Below, piece by piece: positions 26,001 to 37,200 of a stretch of DNA of 64,000 nucleotides (positions are counted from its first letter, which is position 1; every line of letters starts with the position of its first letter). The stretch is taken from positions 117,616,001 through 117,680,000 of the forward strand of contig NC_058368.1 in assembly GCF_018350175.1 (NCBI RefSeq). Reading direction: 5' to 3'. Position numbers and translations under genes: made by a program. Under the pieces are notes generated by a model. That model was not told the origin of the DNA and did not search any database. It was given only the letters and a program-made list of their open reading frames with translations. Origin of the DNA: Felis catus. Its lineage: Eukaryota.

Positions 26001-27339
26001 GAGATTCAGAAAGGCATTTGGGGCCTTTGAGAAGCCTAGCCTCTAGCCTGGCTCCTGGCTCTTCTAGCCTAACTAGGAGCCTGACTCCCAGGTTCCCCAC
26101 CGTTGGGTTGGTCGTTCCCGTGGCCGTCACTTCTGTCTGCCTTCAGCATCAGCCTCAGCGAGAGGCAGCCACACTGCCCCTCGAATCTGCCTGGGCAGAG
26201 GGATCCCCGGCTCCTCTGTGTTGGGCACACTCTGGGCCTCTGGCTTTTCATACTTGAGATCCCTTGGTACAGGGGGGACTGGGACTGGACCTTGAACCTA
26301 TATGGATGAAGCCCCAGCTGGCCCGACTACTCCACCTTCCTCTTGCCTTAGCATTTCAGTTCTTCTCTCCTGCATGTGTGCATATCTGTACAGCTGTCTA
26401 TTTTCCCTTTTAGGACTCACAGAGCAGATACCACTTGGGAATTTGCTATGAGAAGGGCCTTGGTGTGCAGAGGAATCTGGGAGAGGCTATACGATGTTAC
26501 CAGCAGTCAGCGGCTCTGGGCAATGAACCTGCCCGGGAAAGGTTGCGGACCCTCTTTTCCATGGAAGCAGTGGTTAAAGGTGCATGTCAGAGCCAACAAG
26601 TTCCCTTCCCTGAGCTCAGTGCCCTGTGACAGAGAAGGGGGTGGCAGTAGTCCTTGGTCTCCTTGGCATTTCTTGCCCCAGTAATGGGTAAGAGCACAGC
26701 TTTTTGGGTCAGACACACCTGAGCTTTAAGAACCCTGCTATGTCACTGAACTCGGACTCCATGTCTTTGAAAATGACGTGGTTCTTCACTTCTGAAAATG
26801 AGGGTACTACTAGTACCTTGTTCGGTTGTAAGGATTAAATGAAATGGTTCTAGAGGGCTTGGCACAACCTGGCATACAACAGGTGTTGAATAAATGGTAG
26901 CCTCCCTGAGGATTTTTCAGGAGAGACCGTATCCTGAGATTGCCTCAGTGCCCTGAATTACCCTTTGAGGGCTCTGAGTGCTCACTCCTGAGTCACTCGG
27001 GCTGGCTGGGGTTAACAACGCCAGGGGCAACCAAGCTCTTTAAGAAGTCCTTGCTCCAAAGTTAAGAACCCACAGTATGAGTAAGAGTCGCTCTCACCTC
27101 TCCTCACAGCCCTGGGGCCCAGCGATTTGGCAGTTAAAGGATTGAAGTCCTTCTCCAGCCCCTCCCTCTGCAGCCTCAACACTCTGCTGGCGGGAGCCTC
27201 ACGCCTCCCACACGCCTCGAGCACAGGGAACCTTGGCCTCCTCTGTAGAAGTGGGCGTCTCGGAGCCAGTCCCAGGGGAACTCTTCCCCCACACAACTAT
27301 CCTTTGGAAAGGAGTCTCGTCAGACTGGGTTTTGGCTAA
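14708..27339 (+). CDS. DELE1: DAP3-binding cell death enhancer 1 (KIAA0141); mitochondrial-stress relay to HRI; 12 coding exons, about 518 aa
   Basis: Exons assembled by hand with GT-AG boundaries and consistent phases: 14708-14738, 15393-15507, 15602-15725, 17685-17832, 18772-18933, 19189-19277, 19379-19475, 22150-22292, 23339-23497, 23599-23691, 26414-26579, 27110-27339 (1557 nt). Translation [14 protein letters not shown]...[11 protein letters not shown]...[21 protein letters not shown]..., Sel1/TPR-like repeats ([28 protein letters not shown]), ...[11 protein letters not shown] matches DELE1. Confidence 0.96.
15393..15507 (+). CDS. DELE1: DELE1 exon 2
   Basis: catag|CT...GACAG|gtgag; encodes [17 protein letters not shown]...LLVPVPSFD. 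Confidence 0.92.
15602..15725 (+). CDS. DELE1: DELE1 exon 3
   Basis: tctag|G...TGG|gtaag; encodes [10 protein letters not shown]...[25 protein letters not shown]. Confidence 0.94.
17685..17832 (+). CDS. DELE1: DELE1 exon 4
   Basis: cccag|GGC...CCT|gtgagt; encodes [17 protein letters not shown]...SSPLWHPRS. Confidence 0.94.
18772..18933 (+). CDS. DELE1: DELE1 exon 5
   Basis: tccag|CA...GAAG|gtatg; encodes [28 protein letters not shown]... Confidence 0.93.
19189..19277 (+). CDS. DELE1: DELE1 exon 6
   Basis: tgcag|AC...CAG|gtatg; encodes [29 protein letters not shown]. Confidence 0.9.
19379..19475 (+). CDS. DELE1: DELE1 exon 7
   Basis: cccag|GAA...CTGG|gtaac; encodes [32 protein letters not shown]. 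Confidence 0.94.
22150..22292 (+). CDS. DELE1: DELE1 exon 8 (Sel1/TPR-like repeats)
   Basis: tacag|GG...AAG|gtact; encodes [47 protein letters not shown]. Confidence 0.95.
22712..22880 (+). mobile_element. CanSINE in DELE1 intron 8
   Basis: SINE head and tail; TSD aaaaatgatgcac on both sides. Confidence 0.8.
22997..23090 (+). repeat. (CA)n followed by a (TA/TG)n alternating purine-pyrimidine tract
   Basis: Seen directly in the sequence. Confidence 0.9.
23339..23497 (+). CDS. DELE1: DELE1 exon 9
   Basis: cccag|GCA...GAG|gtgag; encodes [25 protein letters not shown]...AAHSGLRE. Confidence 0.95.
23599..23691 (+). CDS. DELE1: DELE1 exon 10
   Basis: cacag|GCT...GGG|gtatg; encodes [31 protein letters not shown]. 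Confidence 0.95.
25149..25613 (+). mobile_element. Two SINEC_Fc-type elements; the second (from 25352) inserted in the A-tail of the first; DELE1 intron 10
   Basis: Perfect 17-bp TSD taaaatctctttagggc at 25132-25148 and 25614-25630; CpG-rich heads. Confidence 0.92.
26414..26579 (+). CDS. DELE1: DELE1 exon 11 (3' boundary inferred)
   Basis: tttag|GAC; encodes [25 protein letters not shown]...LFSMEAVVK; the nearest in-phase GT donor is AAG|gtgcat at 26580. Confidence 0.85.
27110..27339 (+). CDS. DELE1: DELE1 last coding exon
   Basis: cacag|CC; encodes [26 protein letters not shown]...[14 protein letters not shown] at 27337-27339. Confidence 0.94.
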
Positions 27340-27485
27340 GGTAAGATAAGACGTAGTTACTTATCTGGTGCTGGGGTGGGGAGGGTGCACAGGTTGGATG
27401 GCAACAAAAATAGGTGTCAGTGTCCCTTTCTGAGGTGGACATTCCAGCGAGAGCTGAGTTTCTCAAGCAATTTCAAGTGCTGGCT

Positions 27486-27491
27486 AATAAA
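27486..27491 (+). terminator. Candidate proximal polyadenylation signal of DELE1
   Basis: AATAAA about 150 nt after the stop. Confidence 0.4.
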
Positions 27492-28661
27492 TGACTTTGA
27501 CCTTTCCTCCAGTTGGTAGGAGGAAAGGTGGGCAGTGGAAACATTGCCCTCACAGGTGGGCAGTGGAAACATTGATAGTTATTTCCGGTTCTGTGCGCGA
27601 AAGGGATTCATTCAGTGACCTGTAAAAAACTCTCCTGAAGGTTCCAGAGTCTTACCATAGCCTGTGACTGAGTAAACCACTTACATATACTTTCCCATGT
27701 CTCAGTTTCCTAGGCTTAGACTGCATGACAGATGTTTGCCAACATCTGACGTATGTGCTTCTGGTGGTTCATAAGAGGATTTTAGGTACTCTAATATTTT
27801 CTATCTTAGTAGTTGTATATTTAATACATAATGTAAAAATGTGACTAGCACATTATAGTTTCACAGATATTAAAAACGATCCATTTAAAGAAAAACATTG
27901 TGAAATTGGATAAAAGGGAGCACAGGTCCCACCCATGGTGGTTCCACGAATGGCTAAAACTTGAGGAACATTGAGTCAGGCCATTCCCAAGATGGGCTTC
28001 CGTATTCACTTTTGTTCGTCCCCAGTGGAGTTAGGATCATCTTCATCACTGATTTGGGAGGAATGAGTTTCTTGCCTACGTACCTAATATGTCTGCTTGA
28101 CTTTTTCAGACCTTCTCACTTCAGCCCTAAAGATGGAGCCTGTGGCTTCTCTGTTACAACTTGAGTCCCAAAGCAGAGGCCAGATATCTACACAACTTCC
28201 CAAAGAAACTTAAGCATCTGCCCCAGCAGAGTAAAGAAGAAGAAAGTGTGTAAAGACCCAGGTCCTGGCCATGTCACCTTGCCTGGCCGTGTCCCCTTAT
28301 GAAGCAGTGACCTGACCCACTACATTGTTTTCTCAGTTGTTGACCGAAGGCATTGGTGTATGTCCTTTGACCCTACAGAGCTCATGGGGGGCATTTCACT
28401 GCAGAAAGGGCCTTGGTGACCACTTAGGCCCAATGAGGCAGACTGTTGCCCGTGGTTGTATGGCTTTATGAGTCACCAGGCCAGGAGAAGACCAGGCCCC
28501 CTGACTCCTGGCTCAGGGCTCTGTTTTGCCAGTTCACACTAGCTTTATGTGTTACTGTCACATCTCTCCAATGTGAGGGAGTAAGTGGAGGCTTGGAGCA
28601 GGAAAGTGTAGATTTTGAGATCCTTGTTTGTGAAGGGTGTGCCAGAAATGGATGGGAGTTT

Positions 28662-28667
28662 AATAAA
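28662..28667 (+). terminator. Candidate distal polyadenylation signal of DELE1
   Basis: AATAAA followed by U/GU-rich sequence (tcttgcctttgagtatgttg). Confidence 0.5.
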
Positions 28668-31600
28668 ATAGATACTGGATTATCTCATCACTCTTGCCTT
28701 TGAGTATGTTGGGGAGAGCTGGGGGTGGGGCAGGGGGAGCTGAAAGCAGAGGCTCCCACCTCATCTCTAAACTCTCCATTAACCAATTTGAAGGGTCTTA
28801 AAAGCTTCTCCAAGGGAGAGACTTAGGAAAAAATGATTTCTGAGTCAACGCTAATGACTCCAATTACCGAATCTGTGAATAGCTATTCCCTGGCTTCTGG
28901 ATGTTAGCCCAAATTCAATAGCATGGATGTGGTTGAGGGTAGGGAGTGGGAGGGACCAAACCCTCTAGTAACTGTTCAGATGTGAAAGATCACCCAGCTT
29001 GGCCAGTTCAACAGTGGAAGGAGTTGGGGGTGGAGGTTGTCTTCTCTGCTGCCCACCCCTCTCACCAACCTCCAGTGGCTCCTGCCACACTTTTCCAGCA
29101 CTTTCCTCTTGTCATGGGGGCCCTAGGCTTCTTTCAACTTTAGTGTCTCCCCTGACTGCTACTCCCTTTCCAGAGCTGCCCTGCACGCTGGCCTTCCCAC
29201 CCCCACACTGATCCCCTCATGCGGCTGCCTCCCACAGATGTCTCCTTGGGATCTGGGACCTTGTCTTTGTATTCTGGTATCCTCAGCACTTAGCACAAGG
29301 CCCACGCTAGTAGGGGCTCAAATACACACGTTGGTTAAAGGTTAGGTTTTTAAGCTGTACAATGCACTAATCTCTGCAAGAAAAAAAAAGTTTCTGTGGT
29401 CAAATAAGTTTGGGAAACACTATACCAGACATCCCTTTTTTTTTATATAGATTTACAGTGTACATCAGCATCTTTAAGGTTTCAAGAAGTCCTGCAGTAA
29501 AGAACTTGGTTAACCCCACGTTTGCCAGCCTGAACCAAGCACAGAGCCCAGCCACACACAGATTGCTGCTCAAACTTCCTGGGGCACCTTCGGTAAAGTG
29601 TCATTTCCTGCCCTCCTGTGGGACCCTACTCTCCAGTCTCCTCCCCTCCTCTTGTCATTTTGGCTTACCGATTCCTTCTGGGGAAGGAGTGGCAGTTCAG
29701 ACAGCCGTGGGACAGCGGGCGTCCCATGTTGAGGGCCAGATGCAGCTCTCCTTCCCCCTCAGTCATTACAAGTTAAGTACTGATTCAATTTGGGGTGCTA
29801 AACGTGGAGGTAGGATATTTTTAAGCTCTCCTTGTGGAAAGGCAGGATGGAAGAGTCGTGAGAGCAATGTTGTCAAGGGACCAGAAATCCTTGGCTGTTC
29901 AGTCACTGCGGTCTCCGTCCATCCCCAAGGGGTGGGCCTTCATCCACAGACCCAGGCACTGCTGTGCTTTCGCCATTACAATTCCATTGTTAATGACTTG
30001 TCATCAGTGCCCTGAAAGGAAATATGAGGTGGGGAGGACAGGGGAGTGGCCCCTGCCTGGGTTAGGTACAGGGTGACCCAAGTTTTAGGACCTGGTGCCC
30101 TTCAGCAGTGAGACTTTTGTGCGAGGCTGTGCTGACTCAGTTCCCTTATCCAGAGATGTTGCTTTCAGGGATCCTTGACACAGTACAGACAAGGCTGTTC
30201 GATTCATTATATCTTCAGTGCTAATACAGTGCAGGGTACTTAGTAAATGTTCAGTAAATATCTGTTGAAGGAATGAGTGATTTTATGCATTGCCCCCTTT
30301 CCACCCAGTTCCTTGCACCAAGCCTACCTAGCACATAGTAAGTGCTTTAAATATTTGTCGAATCCATGATTCTGTATACTCCCAACTGCTACTTCTGACA
30401 CCTAGTAATTGCTCAATAAATACAAAGTGTTTGTTGAATGAGTGTTTCTGGTCATGCCTCCGTCCTCCCCTGCCCCATTACGTCATACTCCATACTTAGT
30501 AGGAGCTGGAAAAGGCTGACCTATTTTCTTGGTGCATACTATGTGCCAGGCCGAGCCCATGCTAAAACACCTCCCTCCCCCTCCTGTCTTCCTTTTGGGA
30601 TATAGTTCTCTCCGGAGTCCCATGGGTAGTGGTTGCCATCTCACTCTTGTTTTAGCCAGAGGAGAGGTAGGGTCAGTGAGCTGCCAAGCTGAAGTTGGGT
30701 GACAGACAAGGAGGCTGCCTGTCAATCTCTGAGCTGCCCCCAGGCTCCAAGTGAGCACTGCATCACACTCCTCGTGCTGGAGAACCGGCTGACTGTTGAT
30801 TAAAAAAAAAAAAAAAAAGTCCCTCTGCGCTTTCCAAATTAAGACGACATTTAACTGAGTGCTTGCTGGCTTGCCTGCTCCCTCGATATCCCAGGGGATT
30901 GAGCCCATCTTGGTGAAAACTGTTCTGAGCATGTCCGAAGTCTCAGCTTTGACATCTTGGCTGATGCGAAGAAGTTTCTGTAACCTTTCTGCTCAGCACG
31001 CTCAATTCTGTCGCCATACACACTGTGTCGCTCAGCCTGTTCATGGGAAAGTGCTGGGTGTTCCCATGCTAGCAGTTGGCTACATGCTGCAGACGAGAGC
31101 AGCTACATACATCCCCACTCTGACCAGAGATCAGTTGCCTCAGAACAGAAACAGCTCTACCCATGAATTCCTTAGGGTCTGCGGAGAAGGCAGAGCCGAG
31201 GACCAACAGAGAGGATCACGGTGGTCCTTAATCTTATTGAGGCCCCAGACCCCCTTTGAAAATGTGGCAAAAGCACTGACTCCTTCCCATACAAAAGTAT
31301 GCAGCCCTTCAATTTTGCATGCACTTTAGTGGATTTATAGATCTTGAAGCCCAACCATGGACTCCAGGTTAAGAACCGTTGATTTGTTAGAAAGAACAAC
31401 ACACAAATTCCAGATCCAGATCCTAGCCCTGCCACAAGCCCGCCTTGCAGCTTTGTGCAGATCAGAAGTGTCTTGCTTTTTTCTTGGCTATAAAATGTTC
31501 TGGCTCCTTACGAGTACAATTGCTTGTGTTTGTGGAGGTTTAGGGAGGGACTTAGACAAGGTGCAGTATAACCTTTCATAGGTTACTTGTTCCTTTGGGA

Positions 31601-33425
31601 ATCTGATGAGGACTTTGCATCTTCTGCCTAGAAAAACACCTATACACAAGGCTTTGCCTAGTATTCTCAAGATCCAAGAGCTACAGATTAGGGATTTTTG
31701 AACTAGAGTGAAGCAGTGATCAAGGGCATCCAGTGATCCACTTGACAGCCACAGTTCCAGCTTTCTTTTTAATTAATTAATTTGGCTCCGGGTTTCTTAG
31801 GTTGGCTCTTCCCCCATCTCTTCTTTTCTCCACCCTCCCAACATGAGCTCTGCATCAAAAATCCACTAGTAATTGTGGGTGGAGAGTGGCGGTCAGCATA
31901 GTTTACTCTAGTTCTGTGGTTTTCAGACTTTGATTTCCCATAATGGAAGTTTTCTTTCTTTCTTTCTAATGACGTCTTACCTGCAGCTCCAATACAGATA
32001 AAAGGAAACTCTGAAGCACTGATTTATCCATTTATTCACTCATTCATTCAACAAGTTAAGTATATATCCATTGTTGCTTTGTGCCAGTCACCTCGCTGGT
32101 CAGGCTTGAGACCCTGTCTGCTTAGTTTCCCCTGGCCTCTCTCATTTACTTTGGGAACCCAATAGCTTAAAATTCACAGATCTTGTAAGGAGATCACTTG
32201 GGCCTAAAGTGAGGTGACACATACCCAGAGACCCTGCTCTTGGGGCACTTAACTTTTGGGGGCCTCATTTTCCTCATCTGTAAAATGGAGTAACTGGATA
32301 AGGGTGCCACATTGGATTCCAAATATATATGATTTTCATTATCCCTGGCTGGGAGTATGATTGGCCTGTTACTGTGGACAATGAACATAAGTACTGGCCT
32401 CCAACAGAGAACGAAAGGAGGAGCACAGAGAGGAATTTTTGCCTGTAGTGTCCAGGAGGGCCCCATGCTACCGAGAAGCTGAATGGCTAGCTGACTGACT
32501 GCTTGGAAATTTCCAGGAAAATTATAAGGCTGAGACTTGGAAAAATATTTGCTATTTCTTTGCTCCCTCCTGCCCTGGAAGTTTTGCTGCTGTCAGTATC
32601 GATTTCATAGACCCAGTTCATACACTGTTCTCTAGGGCCTGAATTCACAGGCCCAAACCTGCTGTGACAGAGGAAGATTTACCCATGAACGGTGCGTCTG
32701 CAAGGATGACGTCTGTACCTGAAGGGCTAATCGCTGGGAAAGCACAGGAGCCTGCAGAAGCTCAGGCCCATGTCAGATTAGATCCAAGTCCCTCTTGTTC
32801 TGTGCTCAGAAATGCAGAGCTGTGGAGGCCCGAGCAGCTTTGGAAACGTTCTTTCCAACAGTGTTTCATGAGGGGAGCTCAGGTAAGTCCACACCTGGCA
32901 GGAGCTCAGCTGCGGGGCCTTTTCCTTTCCTCTCCTTGGCTGGCAGTGTAGCGTCAAAGTGGAGGGCAGAGGTTTTGGTGTTCAAGACTAGTTCCAAAGC
33001 TTGCTTCTGCCTCCACTCTTGATCTTGGGCAAGACACTCTGCTTCTCCAAGCCTCACGTCCTTGCCTGTGGAATGGGGATAATAACACCTCCCTCCCAAG
33101 GTTGTTGGGAAATTAAACTAAATCCTAGCGTAAAGCCCAGGGCTTTACTGGCTCACATAAATGCTCTATAAATAGTCATGCTTTTCTTAGCCCTAATTTT
33201 CCAGCTGAGAAGCAGATTATTTGATAAGGTAGCAATAGGGAAGTAGGGTCAAGAGCACACGTGTTCATCATTGTGTACCTAGCACTGTGTACTAATGTGC
33301 CCTATTCCTGTCCACGTCCAGCATACCATCTTGCCAGGAAATGGGCAACAAGGACACCTCACTCTGCTACCCTTCCCTGCCCCCTCTTGACAGGTGCAAA
33401 CAGGAGAATGAGCCAGTGCTTTTCC

Positions 33426-33431
33426 TTTATT
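33426..33431 (-). terminator. Candidate polyadenylation signal of PCDH12
   Basis: TTTATT on + (AATAAA on -), about 325 nt after the stop. Confidence 0.55.
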
Positions 33432-33755
33432 AGTAGGTCAGAGAGCTTTGCCTGGCACCCCAGGACCAGCACCCCACCCCCAACTATGCGATGAGGCCAT
33501 CCTTTCCTGCTTATGACACTCCTTGGCATCTGTTCCACAGGAGGCCTGACCCTCTGTGCTGTACATGTGTTTTGCCAACAAACACTCATTTCAGCCAAAA
33601 AATTCACTCCAAAAAGTTCACAGGCAGAGCCAGCCCTTCACAAGGGGCTGCTTTGGTCAGTCAGATATTAGTCGTGGCTCCCCTGCCTCCTCTGTGGGGC
33701 AGCATAGGTCACCCTAAAGTTCTTGGGCCACCTCTCACCAGTGAATTCAAGGATT

Positions 33756-34243
33756 TTAGAAAGCAGCTCGTGTCCCAGGATCCTTAGCGCCTGGGCTCCC
33801 TAACATCCCTGGTTCTTGGATCCACAGCCCCCTGCTGCTGCTGCTGCTGCCAGTCCTGCCCTCGGCCCCCTTCTTTCCACCTGGGCCCCCCTGTCCTTCT
33901 GCGCCCGAGGCCCCACTGGTGGCCAGGTCCAGACTGAGGGTCCTCCCGCAGACAGAGAGCCTCCGCAGCACCTCGGAGGCAGCCTCCACAGGCACGCTGG
34001 AGCGTTGTTCGAGCAGCATTTCCAACAGTGAGCTCATCTCCGAGACAAAGGTGCTGGCCAGCTGCGTGCCTGTCAGGCTCAGCTCAGGCCCCGTCGCCTT
34101 GCCGAACGTCTGAAAGGTCCTCGGCTCCTCCATGGCCGGAGTGTCTGGTGAGAACACGTTGTCACGGTAGTTCGTGGTGAGGGGCAAAGAGAGCCTCGCC
34201 ATCCAGGCCGGGTCAGGGACGCTCAGCCGGTCCAGGGCCAAGC
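33756..34243 (-). CDS. PCDH12: PCDH12 exon 4 CDS
   Basis: atgcag|GC; encodes [20 protein letters not shown]...[11 protein letters not shown]...RAAF*, TAA at 33758-33756. Confidence 0.92.
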
Positions 34244-37200
34244 CTGCATAGGAAGGAGGGGACGCAGTGAGGGCTGGGCCCTGGGAAGGGCCAGGCAGGC
34301 CAGGGTGGGGCTGTGGGCAGGGCAAGGGCAATGGACAAAGGAGGGAAGGGAAATGGCGGGGGACAGACGGGGAGGCCAGAGGGGGACGGGAAGGAAGAGG
34401 CCCTGACAGGGAAGCTTGCTGGGCAGGAAGGCTGCTGACTGAAGTACCCACACGAGCTGAGTAGGGAGGAGGCAGGAGGAGGAAGAAGACCTTGAATTAG
34501 AAATTGGCCCTTTCCTGAAGAATTTCCTGGGCCTGGTGTGTTTCAGGCTGGGTGTCTTCCATCTACTCGGGTAGTCGGGATCCTCACTCCCTCAGGGCAC
34601 TAGTAGGTGAAGATGGCATTGCCAGGGGGTGGGGTGGGGGTGGGGTGGGAAAGTGGGGGGGTGGGGGGGGCCAGGAGGGGACATCCCTCTTCTTAGCCAA
34701 GGCTGGAGTTCCTGACTTGGTCCTGCCATCTGCCTGTGTTCATAATAATAGTGACCACTTCTTAAGTTCTTTCGTGCCAAGCAATTTATCTAATTCTCTC
34801 ATTTAACCTCCGCACATCCCTTTGAAGTTAAGAGTGCTATCCCATTTTATGGATGAGGAAACTCAAGTTCCAGGAAGTTGAATCATACATCTACTAGGCA
34901 ACCAAACCAAGGTTTGACACCAAATCTGATGACTTCAAAGCCTCATGTGACTGTACCACCCACCCACTCTCTGAGGAGCCGGCCCCTTATCCCCCTGGGT
35001 GCTCTGGGTAGCCACCTGTGGCCTCTGGAATCCCCAGGCCTGCTAAGGTCTGTACTGTCAGCATGCCCTAAACTCCTCAAACTTTACTTCTCAAGCTGCA
35101 GGAAACCCTGGCCTCGAGGCTGGGAAAGGGCTGTCTGCCTAAGGGCTGTCCCAGGAATGGGACAGTGAAAAACTGTCCCCTAGATCCCTAATGCCACCAT
35201 CACGGTTTTCCTTTTCACATCTCTTGAACAAAAATACTATCTCAAAAAAATAACCCTGGGGGCACCTGGGTGGCTCAGTCAGTTAAGTGTCTGACCCTTG
35301 GTTTTGGCTCAGGTCATGATCTTACAGTTTTGTGTGTTCAAGCCCTGCATCGGGCTCAGTGCTGGCAGCGCAGATCCTGCTTGGGACTCTTTCTCCCTCT
35401 CTCTCTGCCCCTCCCCTGCTCACACTGTCTCTGTCTCTCTTAAAAATAAATAAAAACTTAAGGAAAAAAAAAAAACTAGCCCTGGGCCCAATGGTAGAGG
35501 CCAAGTCAAAGGAAAAAAAGTATAAGTCTTATGGTTAAGCAACTGTGTTTAATAAAAAAAAAAAGGTACAACATCCACTTTAGTGTGTATTTAATGTTTG
35601 CTTCAGGTGAGCTGCTTTAGAATCTATGCATATAGTAAAAGACCGGAAGGAGATATGTCAAAATGTTAACTGGAGTTACCCTTGGGCAGAAGTGATTTAT
35701 TCTCTTTTTGTTTGCCCACATTTTCCTACCTTAACCAAATATTACTTTTGTAATTTGGAAAAGTTATTCCAAAATACAGCTAATCACTGTTTATATTGAT
35801 AAATGAGTCTTAGTCTTGCCTTGTCAGGGTCAAACCTCTTCCCCACTGGTCCAGCCCCTGCCTGGGACTTAGTAAGCATCTCTTGAATGACTCAGTGAAC
35901 ATAAATATTAACCCTGGGCATTTGGGAAATGTAAACCTTAGTTCCCTGAGACTCTGGTAATAAGGTTGAAACTTTTTTGGTGTTATAGAATCAGGCTTTT
36001 GCGCCAGGGTCAGAGAGCTTCAGAAGGAATGAGGCTTGGAATGAGAAAATCACTGGAGTGTATAAAAATGGCTGAAAAGCAATGGTGAATCCACCCCGAG
36101 GCAGGTAGACGCTGGGCTGGCCTGGGCTTGATTTCCCACCTCTGCCATTTATGAGCAGTGTGACCTTGGGAAAATCCCTTAACCTCTCTGAGCCTCCTTT
36201 TTCTCTCATAAAGTGGTGAAATAGTAGGACTCATCTGGTCAGGTTGCTGGGAGCATTCAGTGAGCTCGTGTGACCAGTTAAATATTGTCCTTATCATATT
36301 ATCAGATGGATGCTCCCCAGACTTCCGGGGTCAGCGAGCTCACCCCTTCTCAGCCCTGCCCTGTGAGCAGCGCAGGCTTTTCTATCCTTGCTGCCCTCGT
36401 CACCACCCCCCCCCCTACTTCTTACAGTGCTCCTGTGCTCTTTGCCCTCTGTGCTGTGGAGAAGCAGGACCGTGTGGCAGCAAAGCCCACAGGTTCCAGC
36501 CCAGAGCTGGCCAGTAGAGATTAATGCGACCCATAGAGGTCATTCTAAATTTTCTTCCTTAAAAAAGTCAAAAGGAAAGATGAAATTGATTTGTAAAACA
36601 TTTTTGTAATTAATTTCATTTTATCATGTAATTTTTTTAATTAATGAGATATTTTACATTTTTTTCATACTAAGTCTTCAAAATCTGAAGTGTGTTTTAT
36701 ATTTTTATCACATCCTTTTTATTTAAAAAAAATTTTTTTTTAACATTTATTTTTTTTTTGAGACAGACAGAGACAGAGCATGAATGGGGGAGGGGCGGAG
36801 AGAGGGACAGAGAGAGGGAGACACAGAATCGGAAGCAGGCTCCAGGCTCTGAGCCGTCAGCCCAGAGCCCGACGCGGGGCTCGAACTCACGGACCGCGAG
36901 ATCGTGACCTGAGCTGAAGTCGGACGCTTAACCGACTGAGCCACCCAGGTGCCCCTATCACATCCTTTTTAAAAAAATAATAAGTTACACTTTTTAAAAT
37001 ACATTTTATTTCTTTATTTATTTTAAGTAAGCTCTATGCCCAACATGGGACTAGAAGTTACCACCAGAGATCAAGAGTCAGATGCTCTACCGACTGAGCC
37101 GGCTCAGGCGCTCCAGGTTTTGTTTTCGTTTTTGTTTTTTTAAAGATGTCTGATTCTTTTTTCTTTAAAGTAATCTCTGTGCCCAACATGGGGCTCAAAC

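Noticed and set aside
27526..27574. Repeat-spacer-repeat pattern resembling a CRISPR array
   Set aside because: Only two copies, a 7-nt spacer, and a mammalian context; a simple local duplication.
29410..30015. 201-aa ORF on +
   Set aside because: Starts at TTG in repeat-like sequence, resembles no protein I recognise, and has no convincing exon structure.
33831..33850. (CTG/CAG)n run in the PCDH12 last exon
   Set aside because: Short poly-Ser codon run also present in the human protein as recalled; not an expansion.
34244..34451. N-terminal part of the 231-aa ORF 33756-34451
   Set aside because: Intronic C-rich sequence upstream of the exon 4 acceptor; open by chance.
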